A stretch of 63,947 nt of DNA, counting the filler, from Choristocarpus tenellus KU-1152 (taxonomy: Eukaryota > Protista > Phaeophyceae): assembly GCA_964200185.2 (NCBI GenBank). It is 12 parts of 12 records of this genome, joined end to end, with 100 filler letters (N's around TTAATTAATTAA, not from the genome) between each part and the next. Parts side by side here need not be neighbours in the genome. Positions count along the whole stretch, not along the records: positions 1 to 4,977 come from CAXNAD020012298.1; positions 5,078 to 8,103 come from CAXNAD020022850.1; positions 8,204 to 11,264 come from CAXNAD020022605.1; positions 11,365 to 21,371 come from CAXNAD020003211.1; 8 more parts are not named here. One strand, given 5' to 3'. This document shows, piece by piece, positions 1 through 12,319 of the stretch. Position numbers and translations under genes: made by a program. Each line of letters begins with the position of its first letter. Within the stretch, counting starts at the first letter, position 1. Under the pieces are notes generated by a model. The model was not told the DNA's origin. It worked only from the letters and a program-made list of their open reading frames with translations, and did no database searches.

Positions 1-488
1 CCGGAAACATTTAACCCTAATGTTGTATGTAGTCTGGAAAGCTGCAATGTTCCGGCCCCTAACCCTCTCCCATCCTCCTCTGCCATGTCTTGCAGGACAG
101 CTGAAGCAGCCAAGTTTCCAACCAGCGGTCAGGGGAGCATACAATGTAGGAAGAGTCCGCCCAGTGTTAGAGTATGAATGTATTTGCAATCTTTCATCTG
201 TTTGCACGACATTGTCGCCATAATATGCCCTGTATAGCAGTAGATAGACTTGTTACACGAGAGATTACTTCGCATTGTTCTTGATGTTCACATCTGTTGT
301 TTTGCTGCCTGCAGTAGGTACGTAGATCATGTGGCGGTTGTTACGATTTTCTGGTATGTTCCTCTTGGAAATCTCATTGGGCTATTCATTTTGTTCTGCA
401 TATTTGAATCCCTAGCAGAATCGAAGACAGGTGATTAACACCCGTACAAAAACTGCTGTAAATGCTATTTGCTGCATGTATCCTACAG

Positions 489-3071
489 TGGGCACGGTCT
501 CTGATGTTTACCATGCTGGAACACCGAAGTGTATTCCACCTGAATCTAGATGAGCCAGGAGACGTGGCACCTGTGGGGCACCAGCCTCTAGGTTCTATGT
601 TATCGTTCCGTGCGGAATTATACAACAGGTGCGTGAGTTTGTTTGAGTTTGTTTGGTGTGGAAAGGGAGGGTTGAGTGTTGAAGAGGTGTTGAGAGATGC
701 CACACCGTTGATGCTATTAGCTGGTGGTGCAAGTCCACATGTGAATGTGGTCAATGTAAAGAACAAGATTTGGTTTTAAAATCCAATATGCTATTTCTAA
801 GATCCAGGGTTCTTTGTTATATGCGTTAGTCCAACTGTGACGAGGTAGGTTTGCAGTATCACTTGAGCGACACCCATGATATTGCTCTGTAGGCAACTTA
901 CGAAACACGTCTTCTAGTGCCCTTTTAGTTGTGTGAAATAATAGGTGGTGTATACAAAATGACATCTTGTAAAGGTCAGCCTTGCTTTCAGCTGCATTTC
1001 ACCAAGACTGTGCGATCACACATCACTAACATGGGCGACACTTATCTTGGTTGGACAAGATAGTTTATGTGATGAGAAGAGCCATATAACAGCTCACTAG
1101 GTACCATGCTGTGTGGTTAGTGCCAAGGGATTAGCTCTACCTGAACCTTGGGCCTCATTTACTCACCTTGCAGGTTCGTCGAACACTACGCAATGCTTAC
1201 TTTTCATTCAGTGGAGAAGGCACTAACAGTGGATCTTGTCAGCACACTGCATGCAATGACCAACCAGGATAACGAGGACCTGTTCCGCTCTAACATAATT
1301 ACCAAAGAGCTACAACAGGTGCGTGCATGCCTGCTTGCATAGTGTGAAATGGAATTGGTCAATACCTTTTTCGTAATAGTTGCACTTATTCTGACTGGTC
1401 GATAACGTTGAATGGGTGCTGACGTTGGTGGTCCTACTTCGTATATTCGATGAGTTTTGTAAGTCTGAAATTGTGTCAAGGTTATCTTTCTGCTTGTTTA
1501 TTGACCAAGTTGGAATATCGCAGATGTTGTGTGTGCACTGCTCCTGAGGATGCTGCAGATGGTAGTACAAATACTGTTATTGCTCTATAGGGCTCAATGC
1601 AAAGGATTGTTGGACATAACAATGGTGAGAGTAGAAAGATGAATCATAGAAACATAGTGCTTCCAGACCAATGAGTGCCCGCAATGCTGGCTCTAGCTGT
1701 GTCTCGCGCCTTGTAGACAACGGGAATGTACTGTTGGTCCTGAGCGGCAATGGAAATGCCAAGGCAAGGATTGATCTTGTGAGGTATGTGCAGTACCATA
1801 CTTTCCGATTTGTACTATTTCTGTGATTGCTATGTAGGATATGTTGGCAGGCATGATTGCCAACCATGAGAAAGTTGAGGCAGACTCCCTACCTTGTCGC
1901 CATTGACAAACTACTGTATTGTGCTATTAACAGGGATTCGATCTTGACAAGCTGAAAAAATTAACACTGGAGCTTCCGAAGGAGGCGGGGGAAGACTATG
2001 CTGTAGTAATCAATGGCAGCATTTCTGCCATTACCCAACTCTATGATGTGAGCACCTCATGGACGCCAAATGCCCTCAAAGTAATGTAGCACTAGCAATA
2101 GCATGTCTAGGTATTCCTTGGTAAGTTGAGGTGGATAACCCACTCACTCTATTACCACTTTCTCGCATCATTTTCACAAGTACATGCATGTTAAATTGTG
2201 GTGGCAGTAATATTGATCCACCCTTGAGTGATCCGAATATTATATCCATGATTGGTTGGCCTTCATTACTGCTGTAAGTATAGTTGTTTGGTGAAGCTAA
2301 GACTCCTTACGAAACAACATAATTTAGGATTATTATCACTTTCACTTTTCGGTCAACTTGCACATCGACCTCAGTGCCTTGATCCCTTGCCCTCGCCCTT
2401 GCTTCCTAGCCAGCTCCTGTGCTACGCATCGGCTTAGTGACCGTTTCCTTCGTCCAATTTCCTGCCCTGACCCAATTGCACCATATATTAATCTTTTCAA
2501 CAAGATAAAATATCTCCTTTCATACCTAAGAATCTCTCCCTAATCGGTTCGTAGTGCCTCCTACGCTTCATTGTGAGCGGATATAGCGAACTGTGCAGAC
2601 TGAAGAGACCTGGATTCCACAAGAAAAATGTACCGAAGTATCATGTTAGAGCTACCGATTGAGTGAACTCGTTACTCTTTCTTTTTCGGCAATTCAGCAC
2701 CTTAGTAAATTCTAGTGGACACGTATTATTAAGCACTTGCGCATTTAACACAATGTTGCTCCTAACCCACAGTCCTTCGATTTAAGCACAACAGTTCCAC
2801 TATCGTGTGAACCCTAACCCTCAGCACACTTTCTCTGTTTCTCCAAACTCTCCCCATACATCCTGACCAGGAACTTGTGGAGGCAGCCATCTTAACCATG
2901 GAGCGGGTAGAGTCTGCCAAGAAAGTAGCAGGCAGCTATGGTGTGCAGAGAGATGAAGTTGACGAAGCACTCTATTTGGTGCTTCCCTTTTTGCCTTACG
3001 CAATCAAAGCCTTCGAGAAGGTGTTCAAGCACCTGACAGACACAATTGCAGCCTGCCATCCATCCGACTAA
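489..3071 (+). CDS. Multi-exon gene or pseudogene, unknown protein (partial)
   Basis: AG/GT-bounded exons 489-628 and 1174-1318 join in phase (..FRAELYNR|FVEHYAMLTF..). Further candidates are 1934-2080 (GFDLDKLKKLTLELPKE..) and terminal 2871-3071 (ELVEAAILTMERVE..*). Exons between 1318 and 1934 are unresolved. No family recognised. Confidence 0.5.
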
Positions 3072-4977
3072 CACAAGAACAAGCCAACTATGGAGAGGAT
3101 GAGCTGCAACAACAAACTTCGCAGTCCTTGAGTAACTCCGGTTTTTGTTAGTGTAGATAAGAACGGGGTTGTCCTTATTCATTGTGTTTCCTTCTAATAG
3201 GGCACATTGACACAGCACCCGCATCAGAGACATCTGCAATATCTGACAAAGCTCTTTCAGTTGCAGTAGTAGAGGTAGTGAAGAATATAATAATACAGAA
3301 TAGATTCCAATGCCTTAGGAGACATCCCATTATTTTTACGTGAACCCAATGCATCATTAGGAGATTCCTCCCCCCACTTCTAGCGAAGTATTGTACGATA
3401 TCTTCACAGCTTAAAAGCTTTTTTTGGTAACTTGTTTCCACTCTTTTCTAAATGTTTGACTTTCTGCACCTTACCCACCGTCCCTGCCCTCCTCAGTCGT
3501 GGAGGAAGCACAATCAGCAGATTCACCTTTGTCAGAGGCTGTACCACCTCTGTCGCCAACATTCCCTTAAATCCCACATTCCAGTCTTATGGACGAACTT
3601 TCCCCTCCTTCCGCACTTTAGATGTTCTCTGTCATTGATACTGTTGAGTTGTGACCGTTTTGGTGTGATTCAACGTCATCGCTTGTCTGGAGAAGCAAGG
3701 CTGGGCATCTATTCATCAGTGTTTTCTCCGATGGACGAGTAAACCTCCCTGCCAGAGTGTGGTGTACTTCAAGAAGTACTTAACCTCTATCAAGTCTAAA
3801 TAGGAATATCTCATGTTGAATATAAACGACCGCTCCCAATCCACCCTCTGCAATGAAATCTGGAAGATGTGCTGAATGAAGAAGATGAAGGAAGAACAGC
3901 AGGGATGAGCTAAGGCGGAAAATGGTATTTTAGGATTTCCAAGTACGGAAAGACGTTGATTCATTGTTAAGCTGTCCTTAATGATCTGTTGTCTAACACA
4001 ACCGGTTATATTATTGTTTATTAGCTTGTATCACAGTTGAGAAGAGAGTGAGGTACCATTACTAGGTGGAGCTCACCAAGCCTAACAGTAAATTACTCAG
4101 AATACCAAATGACTCTACAGTTCTCTAGTACACGTCGGAAATACTCCTACTCTAACATTCCACCGGTTGATTACCTCTGGTCAAATACCCCTCCTAATAA
4201 TCCCGAATGTCCCACATTATCGTCTGTGCGTACATAAGATAATACTTCAAATAATATTCTCACTGGTCAAGCATAATCATGACATTCATCGTCGGAGGAA
4301 TATCAAGTGAAGGCTCCCCCAAGGTAAAAGAAGAATTATAATAGTAGGTAGATGACTGACACTAAGATACGACATCCTAAAGAGCAATTTAAAGTCAATG
4401 ACAAAGAGAGAGATCTCCATCTTGACCCCACCTCACCTATTTCATTATGGTTAGAGATCTCGCTAATATCTATGGGAATACATACGAACTCCTCCAATTT
4501 CATGTTATGAGCATTGCCTCGGTTTCCTTGGGGCACTGTTGAACTGTGGTTTCATCTCGATCATCACATTCTGGTTCACCAACTCCAAGAAGGTTATTCA
4601 AATGCTTCTTCCCTATATTCTTCTTTGCGAATTGATCAGCAAAATCGAGCACCCCACCATCTTTGAGGCCGTCCTCTAGGATTACTCTCCGCATTTTCCC
4701 CTTCTGCCTATCTGAAAACCACTATCTCTTTAACCTCCCACCATAGAGAGTCGGGAAATCGGTCCATAAAGGATTTCATCCCTCGACCTCGGATTCTAGT
4801 TTAGAGTAACCCTTCAAACTAGTCGTTAAAGGAAAACACAATATTCCACACTATTAGTTCATTCTTACCAATACATCATCACTTGATGGATTTGATGATA
4901 TATTAGTTTATATAGAGTGAGGTTCCCAGTCAAGAGTCCATGATTTCACGGACGGACTTTTTCCGTTAGAATGAAAC

Positions 4978-5077
4978 NNNNNNNNNNNNNNNNNNNNNNN
5001 NNNNNNNNNNNNNNNNNNNNNTTAATTAATTAANNNNNNNNNNNNNNNNNNNNNNNNNNNNNNNNNNNNNNNNNNNN
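4978..5077. other. Artificial contig-joining spacer (N44-TTAATTAATTAA-N44), first of 11
   Basis: Identical 100-bp spacers lie at 4978, 8104, 11265, 21372, 26836, 29727, 34781, 40039, 46759, 53637 and 57358 (each start to start+99). TTAATTAATTAA puts a stop in all six frames. A separate 10-N gap is at 54279-54288. Confidence 0.97.
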
Positions 5078-5590
5078 CAACTCCCCCCCCCACCCCCCAC
5101 CCTCGTCACTCTCAGTTGCTTGAACTCATTGCAAGGTATCTCACATGAGACCTTCAGCACCACCCGACATCAAGTGAGGCAAAACACAGCACCAGATATC
5201 CTGACATCAAGGAGTGTTCGATCCTGGCAATTATGATGACCTTACCCATGTATCCAATACACTAGTGCTCCAGAGTGCAACGTGTTAGGGGGGATTGCAA
5301 GCCAATGCCCTCGAATGCAACATCTGTTTTTTTTTTCTTCACAGAGCAAAATTCACTTCTTTTTTTTTTTTTTTTTAATTTTTCGCGTACAAAGAAAACC
5401 AGAGTCGATTTCCCTTCATGTTGCTGAGCAACCCAGTCCTCCAGATGGAAAAAAAAGAAAAAAACGTCAACCGTACACGATTGCTCTTCTCGCCACCCCA
5501 GAAGGATTCAAGAGACAGATATATGTTCTAGGCTCCTGCAGCTAAATGTAAACACGCTTGCCATACTTTAGCAGATGTGCATACCGTCAC

Positions 5591-5770
5591 CTGTTGTTTC
5601 TGCAAGGCCTCTCGCTGCTTAGCCATGTCCAGGGCACGAAATTTATAGCCAGTGCGCACAATATTTGCAAGCCTTGGAAATAAATAAATAAATAAATAAA
5701 TATATATATATATTTATATATTTTTTATCTTTTAAAAGCTCACACCTCTCCGCATTCAACCGCAAGGGGG
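5591..5770 (-). CDS. Putative exons of an unknown protein
   Basis: The donor after ..RLNAE(R) joins in phase to exon 5672-5591 (LANIVRTGYKFRALDMAKQREALQKQQ|GT). No family recognised. Confidence 0.35.
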
Positions 5771-6085
5771 CAACGATCACTATCAATCGCCACATAACAA
5801 CAAAACAACAATAAGACGCCTTGATTAGAATCGCACGTGCGCCCCGGAGCAACAACCCCTGTAGCCCTCCGTAGCACAAAATGACAACACACACACCGCT
5901 CTGAGCTTACAAGATCCTCATCTTTTTGTACATGAACAAAAAAAGCCCCGAACATCCATCCGCACACCTTTTCTTTTCTTTTCTTTTCTTTTCTTTTCTT
6001 TTCTTTTCTTCTCTTCTTAAATTTCTTAAACTTTCAATGTACTGAACCGTTCCCTACTACAACCATCGTTGCCTCGACGCCTCAC

Positions 6086-6227
6086 CATGGTCGTGGAGAG
6101 CCCCTGAGGAGCTATCTGGTGCGCGTGGAATGTGCTGGCAGCCCACATGGCAGCAAACGTAACCCCCCTCAGAGCCTCTGCAGGTAGTCCCGACCAAGGA
6201 TTTCTAATCGATGCGTATATCAAGAAT
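6086..6227 (-). CDS. Exon of a major facilitator superfamily transporter, MFSD6-like
   Basis: CAG|..|GTGAG exon encoding RFLIYASIRNPWSGLPAEALRGVTFAAMWAASTFHAHQIAPQGLSTTM. This matches the MFSD6/MFS_1_like pattern RFxxYxxxxxPWxxLPxExLxGVTxAxxWAA..AP. Confidence 0.75.
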
Positions 6228-9200
6228 CTGGATTTTTTTTTTGGGGGGGGGGAGGGAGGGCAAAGGGCAAGGGCAAAGGGCAAGGGCAAGGACAAGGGTT
6301 ATTTTAAAAAATGAACACAAGCTTCCAAAAAAAGTACTATGTAGTGCTTCGAAAAAGTTTGATTGTGAGTGAAGCCACTCAAGTGAGTCCTCGATTTCAG
6401 CCCTCTTGATATTATTCTCAAGGCCTTCTTCGAACATGCCCAAGGCGCAATAGTTCTAAGCTATATAACCCTAACCTGAGGGTTAGGGTGCGAGGCCGCT
6501 AAGGAATTTTTTTTTAGACACAAACGCCTTCCAAACTGAAATTGACATTCACACAACCACGGTGCTAAGAACACAGGCACTCTACCACAAGGCCGACATT
6601 GGACCCCTCTTAGACGGCGTCAGTGGTTTGTGACTGCATCGTAATCAGGCGTTCGTTTCACCTGGTTGACAAATTAAAAAAGGGTACCACCTCCCGGCCG
6701 GACCGAGGGTGAGAGTTAGGGTTCGAATCTAAGATTCATGATGCTACGGAGTCACGGTACTAACTATTCACAACATCGCCACCCCACAACATCTTGACAC
6801 TGTCTCATCATTAACCTTTTTCATTATTTCAGAACACAATTTATACGTCATCACTTTAGTAGGTGGTGCAAAAGGCAACACTCTATGTAACATGTTCTGA
6901 CCATGCCCACTGGGTATCATCTATCTATCATAAAGGTTCGATTCTGCTTCTTTTTTTTGTTTTTGTTTTCTAACTTCTTGACCGATCTATATCCGTTAAC
7001 CATCTCCTTGCATGTTTGGATTGAATGTGTCCAGTACAAATGTCGAATGTGTTGTACTAATTATACTGTGTGAATTATAATTAATCCAAACTGTCGAATA
7101 CTTTTGGCAACTCCCACATGAAAAAAGAACGTACGGGTGTAAAAATATGTGTTAAAGTTTATTCAGTATTTTGTATGCTCACATAAACCGTTCTTATTTC
7201 TAGATCAACTGTGAACGTTTTCAGTTCGAACTCATCAAGGTGAACAACATATACAGATGTGTGTGTGTGTTATGCAATGATAATCTCAGGAGGCGTGTGC
7301 ATGTGTGGAAATGATCAACTATACGCTATTTACTTTATTGCTCTTTACACATTTGACCATGTATTAACACTAAATATTGCAAGTCTAAAATAAAAAAAGT
7401 AATGTAAAAAAAATGTAAATACAGGTACATACCAAAAAAAGCAAATCAGCCTACTATTATACGACATATCAAGCACATATTAATGTACAACATATTTTCA
7501 CAGCAGTAGTACTAACAGTCTGGGACGCAAAAGTCACTTAGAGTGAAAAGTGAATTGGGAGGGATAGCCATGAGGTGGCCATCCCGAGCGTCAAAGAACA
7601 TATTACCTATTAAGGCCGGCCGCATATAATATGTCTTCAACATGGCTGAGTCCATGAATGTCACTACTTCAACATGACCTAGGCTGCAAGCTGACTGGGT
7701 GCAACAAAATTATAACACAGCCGAGTCCATGGCTGTCAATATTCAACAAGACTGGGCACGCCAGCTGGCCCTGTACAACCAAATTCAAACACCGCTGCTG
7801 TGGGTCCAAGGCCATCATCAACAGTTTCAAGATGACATCACCATATGGCCGACAGTGGACCTTGTAACTGCCCGGCCTGGTAAAATGCCCTTGTTGAAAC
7901 AGATGCTTGAGCAGGAGAGGTTTAGGCTTGGGGTTAGGGTTAGGGTCAGGGGGGGGCTCCCATTCAAACACCAGACTATGCATGGTAGTAGAGGAGAGCT
8001 ATGTACAACAGGTAAAGGAAGACATCTAACAACGGGAGGAGGGGGGGCGGGGGAGACTCCAGAGGTGATCAGGAGACGCAGGTAAAAAAGAGCCGACCAC
8101 AAANNNNNNNNNNNNNNNNNNNNNNNNNNNNNNNNNNNNNNNNNNNNTTAATTAATTAANNNNNNNNNNNNNNNNNNNNNNNNNNNNNNNNNNNNNNNNN
8201 NNNGGGGGGAGGAAAGGTGGTCCTGGTGGGCAAAGAAAATACCCGCCTGCGGTGAACGAGGTGCCTTTGTTTAGGTGAGGAAAAGACAAGGGGTGAGATC
8301 ACTTGTTCAAGCCTTTCATTTAGACTTTCCCGTTATTTTCTTGCAAATTGGCGTCAGTAGTAGCACAGTCTCATGCAAGTACAAAATCTAACATTATAAT
8401 GGGCCATGGTCATGCCGTGTGCTTGAGGATGCCCAGTGTCTCGCTAGTATCATTCGACTCCTGCGTGGAATGGCACATTTTCCGTGGTGCTATGGAATCC
8501 AATACAGAGGCACAAAAATTGTGCTCCTCTCTCCTGTTTTGTAAGTACTTCAAGGCGACAAAAAATTGCGGTATCAGTGTCAATCCTGAAAAGGCATTGG
8601 GAGTAGAAACAAGATGTGCATTATCTTACAGGGTAACCTATTGTTAGATTAAGCCTACCCCTGGCATATCAAATAGCAACTCACAAATAAAGCACTTATT
8701 ACCAGCATTTAGCTTATGTTATCCTCGAAAAAATACCATCTTCTCCCCTTGTAGCACATTGTTTGGTGACATTTCCGTGTTTTACATGCAGAAAATTCTT
8801 GAACTTTGGCACCCGGCAGAAAAACGGTCTTTCAAACCTGTCAAAAAGTTTTCCTTACAATATTTCTTTTGGGAAACCCTTGAACCTACTTGAGTTTGTG
8901 TGTCTTGACCAAATTGTTGCCATGACTTTAGTTTCTGTAAGCTTCCTTATTGCCTGAGTCAACCACTTGACAAAATATTGGCAGGCTTTATGTTGATTTC
9001 CCAAATGGTGAAGGGCCAAAGGTCTCTCCAACAGTAGAGGAGGTCATCCAGGCCTTCCAAGGTGAGCACGTATTGGAGGTAGAAAGCACATGCGACAGAT
9101 GGGAGAAGTGTTACGATGATAATATTATTTGTAGAAGGGTGTGGAAGGGGAGAAAAAAATGTACAGAAGGATAAATATATGCCAGGGAAAGCAAAGAGGA

Positions 9201-9654
9201 GAAGGAGGAAAGATAGGAGATCATCGGGTCAAACAGGCCCCCTGGTCAGGTTTCTATCATTCTTTCAATGGAAGCTTTAGTAGACTAGGCCAACAGATGA
9301 GAATAATGTCAAGAACATATCAGCCTGCAGAAGGTGTACTTTTCAGCAGTAAATTCAGTGGGGGGGTATGGTCCTAATAACCAAAAATGCGAAGCAACCC
9401 CCCCCACCCTTCCAATCATCTGTGACAGTTCGAAGGGAGACTTCTGTCCATCCTCATCGGCAGTTATGTGTTTGCGTGGGAACTTCTGTATGCATACAGG
9501 AGTTAAAAAATTGCTCATTTTTTCTTTTGTTCTTGGGACGTCATGATCTATCAACGTGCTACATACTTCCACCCCTGTTGGCAATGCAGGTCTCCAAACC
9601 TTTGAGTGATACCAAGGCCATCAAAAACGTAACACAGTAGTGCAAGTAGCACCT

Positions 9655-9825
9655 GACCCAAAGCATTTAATAGGGTAGGAGTTTTGCTCTGTTTGTCTGT
9701 TCGGGGCTTGGCTTCCCACAGGGTTTTTATGCCCTTTTTCGGTTTTCTGTTTGAACACGATTACCTAAAATGTATATGACTATGAAAGGTGTGTTCAGAG
9801 CAAGGATATTGACACTTGCTAACAA
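9655..9825 (+). mobile_element. Degenerate partial MITE family A copy
   Basis: Shares gttttgctctgtttgtc..ggggcttggcttccca and gaaaggtgtgt..ggatattgacactt with the intact copies. Boundaries approximate. Confidence 0.65.
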
Positions 9826-10501
9826 AATTGATGGCCAAAATTCATCAAAGTCAAAACTTTGGATTTATGATCCTGAGCGGACGCAACCCTACCCTCTTAA
9901 ATGCTTTTGACTCACCTAGCTCCTGCTTGAAGTGAGGCTGCTGATACATACTCCAGAGAACGTAGCACCTGTCAGATCTCCCCACCTGCTCTGTGGATGT
10001 GAAGAAAGCACAAGCAAAAAAAAATCTAATCGTGTTCTTTGTGTGAACTGGATGCGACCTACTCAGCCGGTGATAACCTCTCTCAAAATTGTTTTGCGGA
10101 GGTTTTTCCTGATCATGTGTGAAGAAATTGCATGCAAAACCTGTAAGTGGATCTCTGAGTCGCTCTGCTATGCATTGTAGGTGTGTCAATGGAACCGTTA
10201 TAGCAGTTAGGAAGGCGTTGAAGTACAGGCCATGTTTTTCTTCGTAATAAAAATTCAAATTACAAGAAAGAACAGTAAGGGCACGAAGGAGGGGAAGGGG
10301 ACATGGTAGAGATAGAAACAAAGTTCACCATATATATATATATATAGTTCGAGTAGCCCAATTTTCGTCCTGAGCCCATAGGGTACACTCACTTTGTAAC
10401 CTTCCCCATCTTGTCAGTCTTGGAAGGAACCTATTTGCTCAAAAAAAGCCAGAAAGACCACGAACTACACAGAACCACCCATCTCTTTTGTTGAAACTCA
10501 G

Positions 10502-10650
10502 GGGTGCTGAAGGCGTCTGTGGACATAGTTGGCATCCCGAAAGGAGTACTCACCAGCCCAGATCTTGTCGCTTATGTCATGGCTGAGGGAGATGACAGCG
10601 AGGATATGATGAGAGAAGAGGTACCCCACATGACCACAATGAGATGCAAG
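10502..10650 (+). CDS. Isolated internal exon, unknown protein
   Basis: Pyrimidine tract plus CAG acceptor, open frame VLKASVDIVGIPKGVLTSPDLVAYVMAEGDDSEDMMREEVPHMTTMRCK, then AAG|GT donor. Confidence 0.45.
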
Positions 10651-11159
10651 GTTGCGATTGGGGAGAGCAAGGAAAAAGTAATTAGTTTCCCTTTTTCGAG
10701 ACCCTTCTTGTAGAATACTAGTCCTTGGTATCAGGTAGTAGCCCTTGTCTGCTTTTAACGAGAACTTTTTGCACATTACTAATTGCTAAGATAAAGAGGC
10801 CAGAGAGCCAGGTACATGTTTGAACAATCGATTTTCTTTTCTGTGCTCCAAAGTGACTTATTTTTTGTTCTCACTCACCCCCCTCAAAATCCACTGAAAG
10901 GTGGGTGTGCAAGATATGGTCCGCCAGGATGATCGGTATGTGCATATAACAACGGAAATCCTCAATGGTCTCAAGACAGCCTTTGAGCAGGTGCAAGAAG
11001 TGGGGGGGAAGGTCAACTTCTGAGGACAGGAAGTTAGAGAATGGACTTAGATGGTTCAGAAAAAAAAACGCCTTTTCATTAATGAACCTTTGATTGAAAT
11101 GGAAAAGCTCATACATAGAGCTACAGCCATTTAGTACAAATGAAGAAATACCTAAACCT

Positions 11160-11264
11160 GAGTGAAAGTATCTTAGAGGGTATGAGTTTTGCCCTGTTTG
11201 TCCGTGTGGGGCTTGGCTTCCCATGGGTTTTCTTGTGACACTTTCCTAATCGAAAATATATCGG
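11160..11264 (+). mobile_element. MITE family A, truncated by contig end
   Basis: Begins with the TIR GAGTGAAAGTATCTTAGAGGGTA and runs into the spacer. Confidence 0.85.
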
Positions 11265-12319
11265 NNNNNNNNNNNNNNNNNNNNNNNNNNNNNNNNNNNN
11301 NNNNNNNNTTAATTAATTAANNNNNNNNNNNNNNNNNNNNNNNNNNNNNNNNNNNNNNNNNNNNCAAATCACACCAAAAAGTGAAAATCGAAAAAAGTGT
11401 GAAAAACGGACGCTGAAACCACAACACAACCAACCCCCCCCCACCCCCCACCCACACACCACACCACCCCACCCCCACAACAAACAAAAAAAAAAACCAA
11501 AAAAGAAAAAAAAAAAAAAAACAACACGGCACCCCCCCCCCCCCCCCCCCCCCCCAGATACTTTGACCCAGTTGCCACATTGGATGCAAGATATTTCCAT
11601 GTAGAATGTAGAATGTAGAATGGTGCCATGTACAAGAACAGCAAGCTGCAGTTGCCTCTTCAAAACCCAATCCCTCCACATTCCAAGGAGATCACCATTA
11701 CATATTCTCACTCAAGGGGACAACTACCTCACATCCTTCCTCACCTCACACAAACCTTCCTGGTAAGTGGATTGTGGCTACCTTCGGGTCTGATGACCCA
11801 TCTTTTGGGCCAAACTATCTTGTTAAGATTTGTGTTCTCCTTGACACCACTATCAGCCCTGCCGCCATAGGCAGACCACCCGTCCTCCCTTATGTGTCTC
11901 ACCCTCTCGCATCTGGGTGGGGCACCACCATCAATGCAGCTGCTGCGGGAGGAATGGACAGGGACCTTGCTGTGACCTGGGCATTCTCTTTTCCCTTGAA
12001 GGCTGGTAGAATTGCCAAAGGGAGTATATTGCTGAATAGATCTTGAGAGGGGCTTCATGGCCACCAGTTGGTACCCAGTGGTGGGAGGTGCAGACCCACT
12101 AATCCTCATTTGCTCCTTGCATTGCCCAATTTCCCTGTCATGATCTACATATCATTGAATACGTGTGGAGAGAGCAAGATGATTTTGTCACCTCTGCTGT
12201 TTAGTCAAAAAGTGCAACCACACATGTTTAGTTGGGTTTTGATTTGGATGGTATAGAATTTTTTTTCTTAAGCTGAAAATACAACGCATTGCGCTTGGAC
12301 TGGCATACCCCTCTAGGAC

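Noticed and set aside
140-185. LINE RT-like VRPVLEY motif
   Set aside because: Isolated; no other RT or endonuclease motifs nearby.
3640-3950. Chromodomain or gypsy relic
   Set aside because: Only vague resemblance, with the conserved aromatic residues missing.
5022-5033. TTAATTAATTAA as a biological motif or piggyBac-type target
   Set aside because: It is always centred in exactly 44+44 Ns, so it is an assembly linker.
7630-7900. MULE transposase motif (NMAESMN)
   Set aside because: Single short motif; no DDE or SWIM context.
11365-11555. Low-complexity ORFs at contig start
   Set aside because: A/C-rich sequence beside a poly-C run, probably low-quality base calls.
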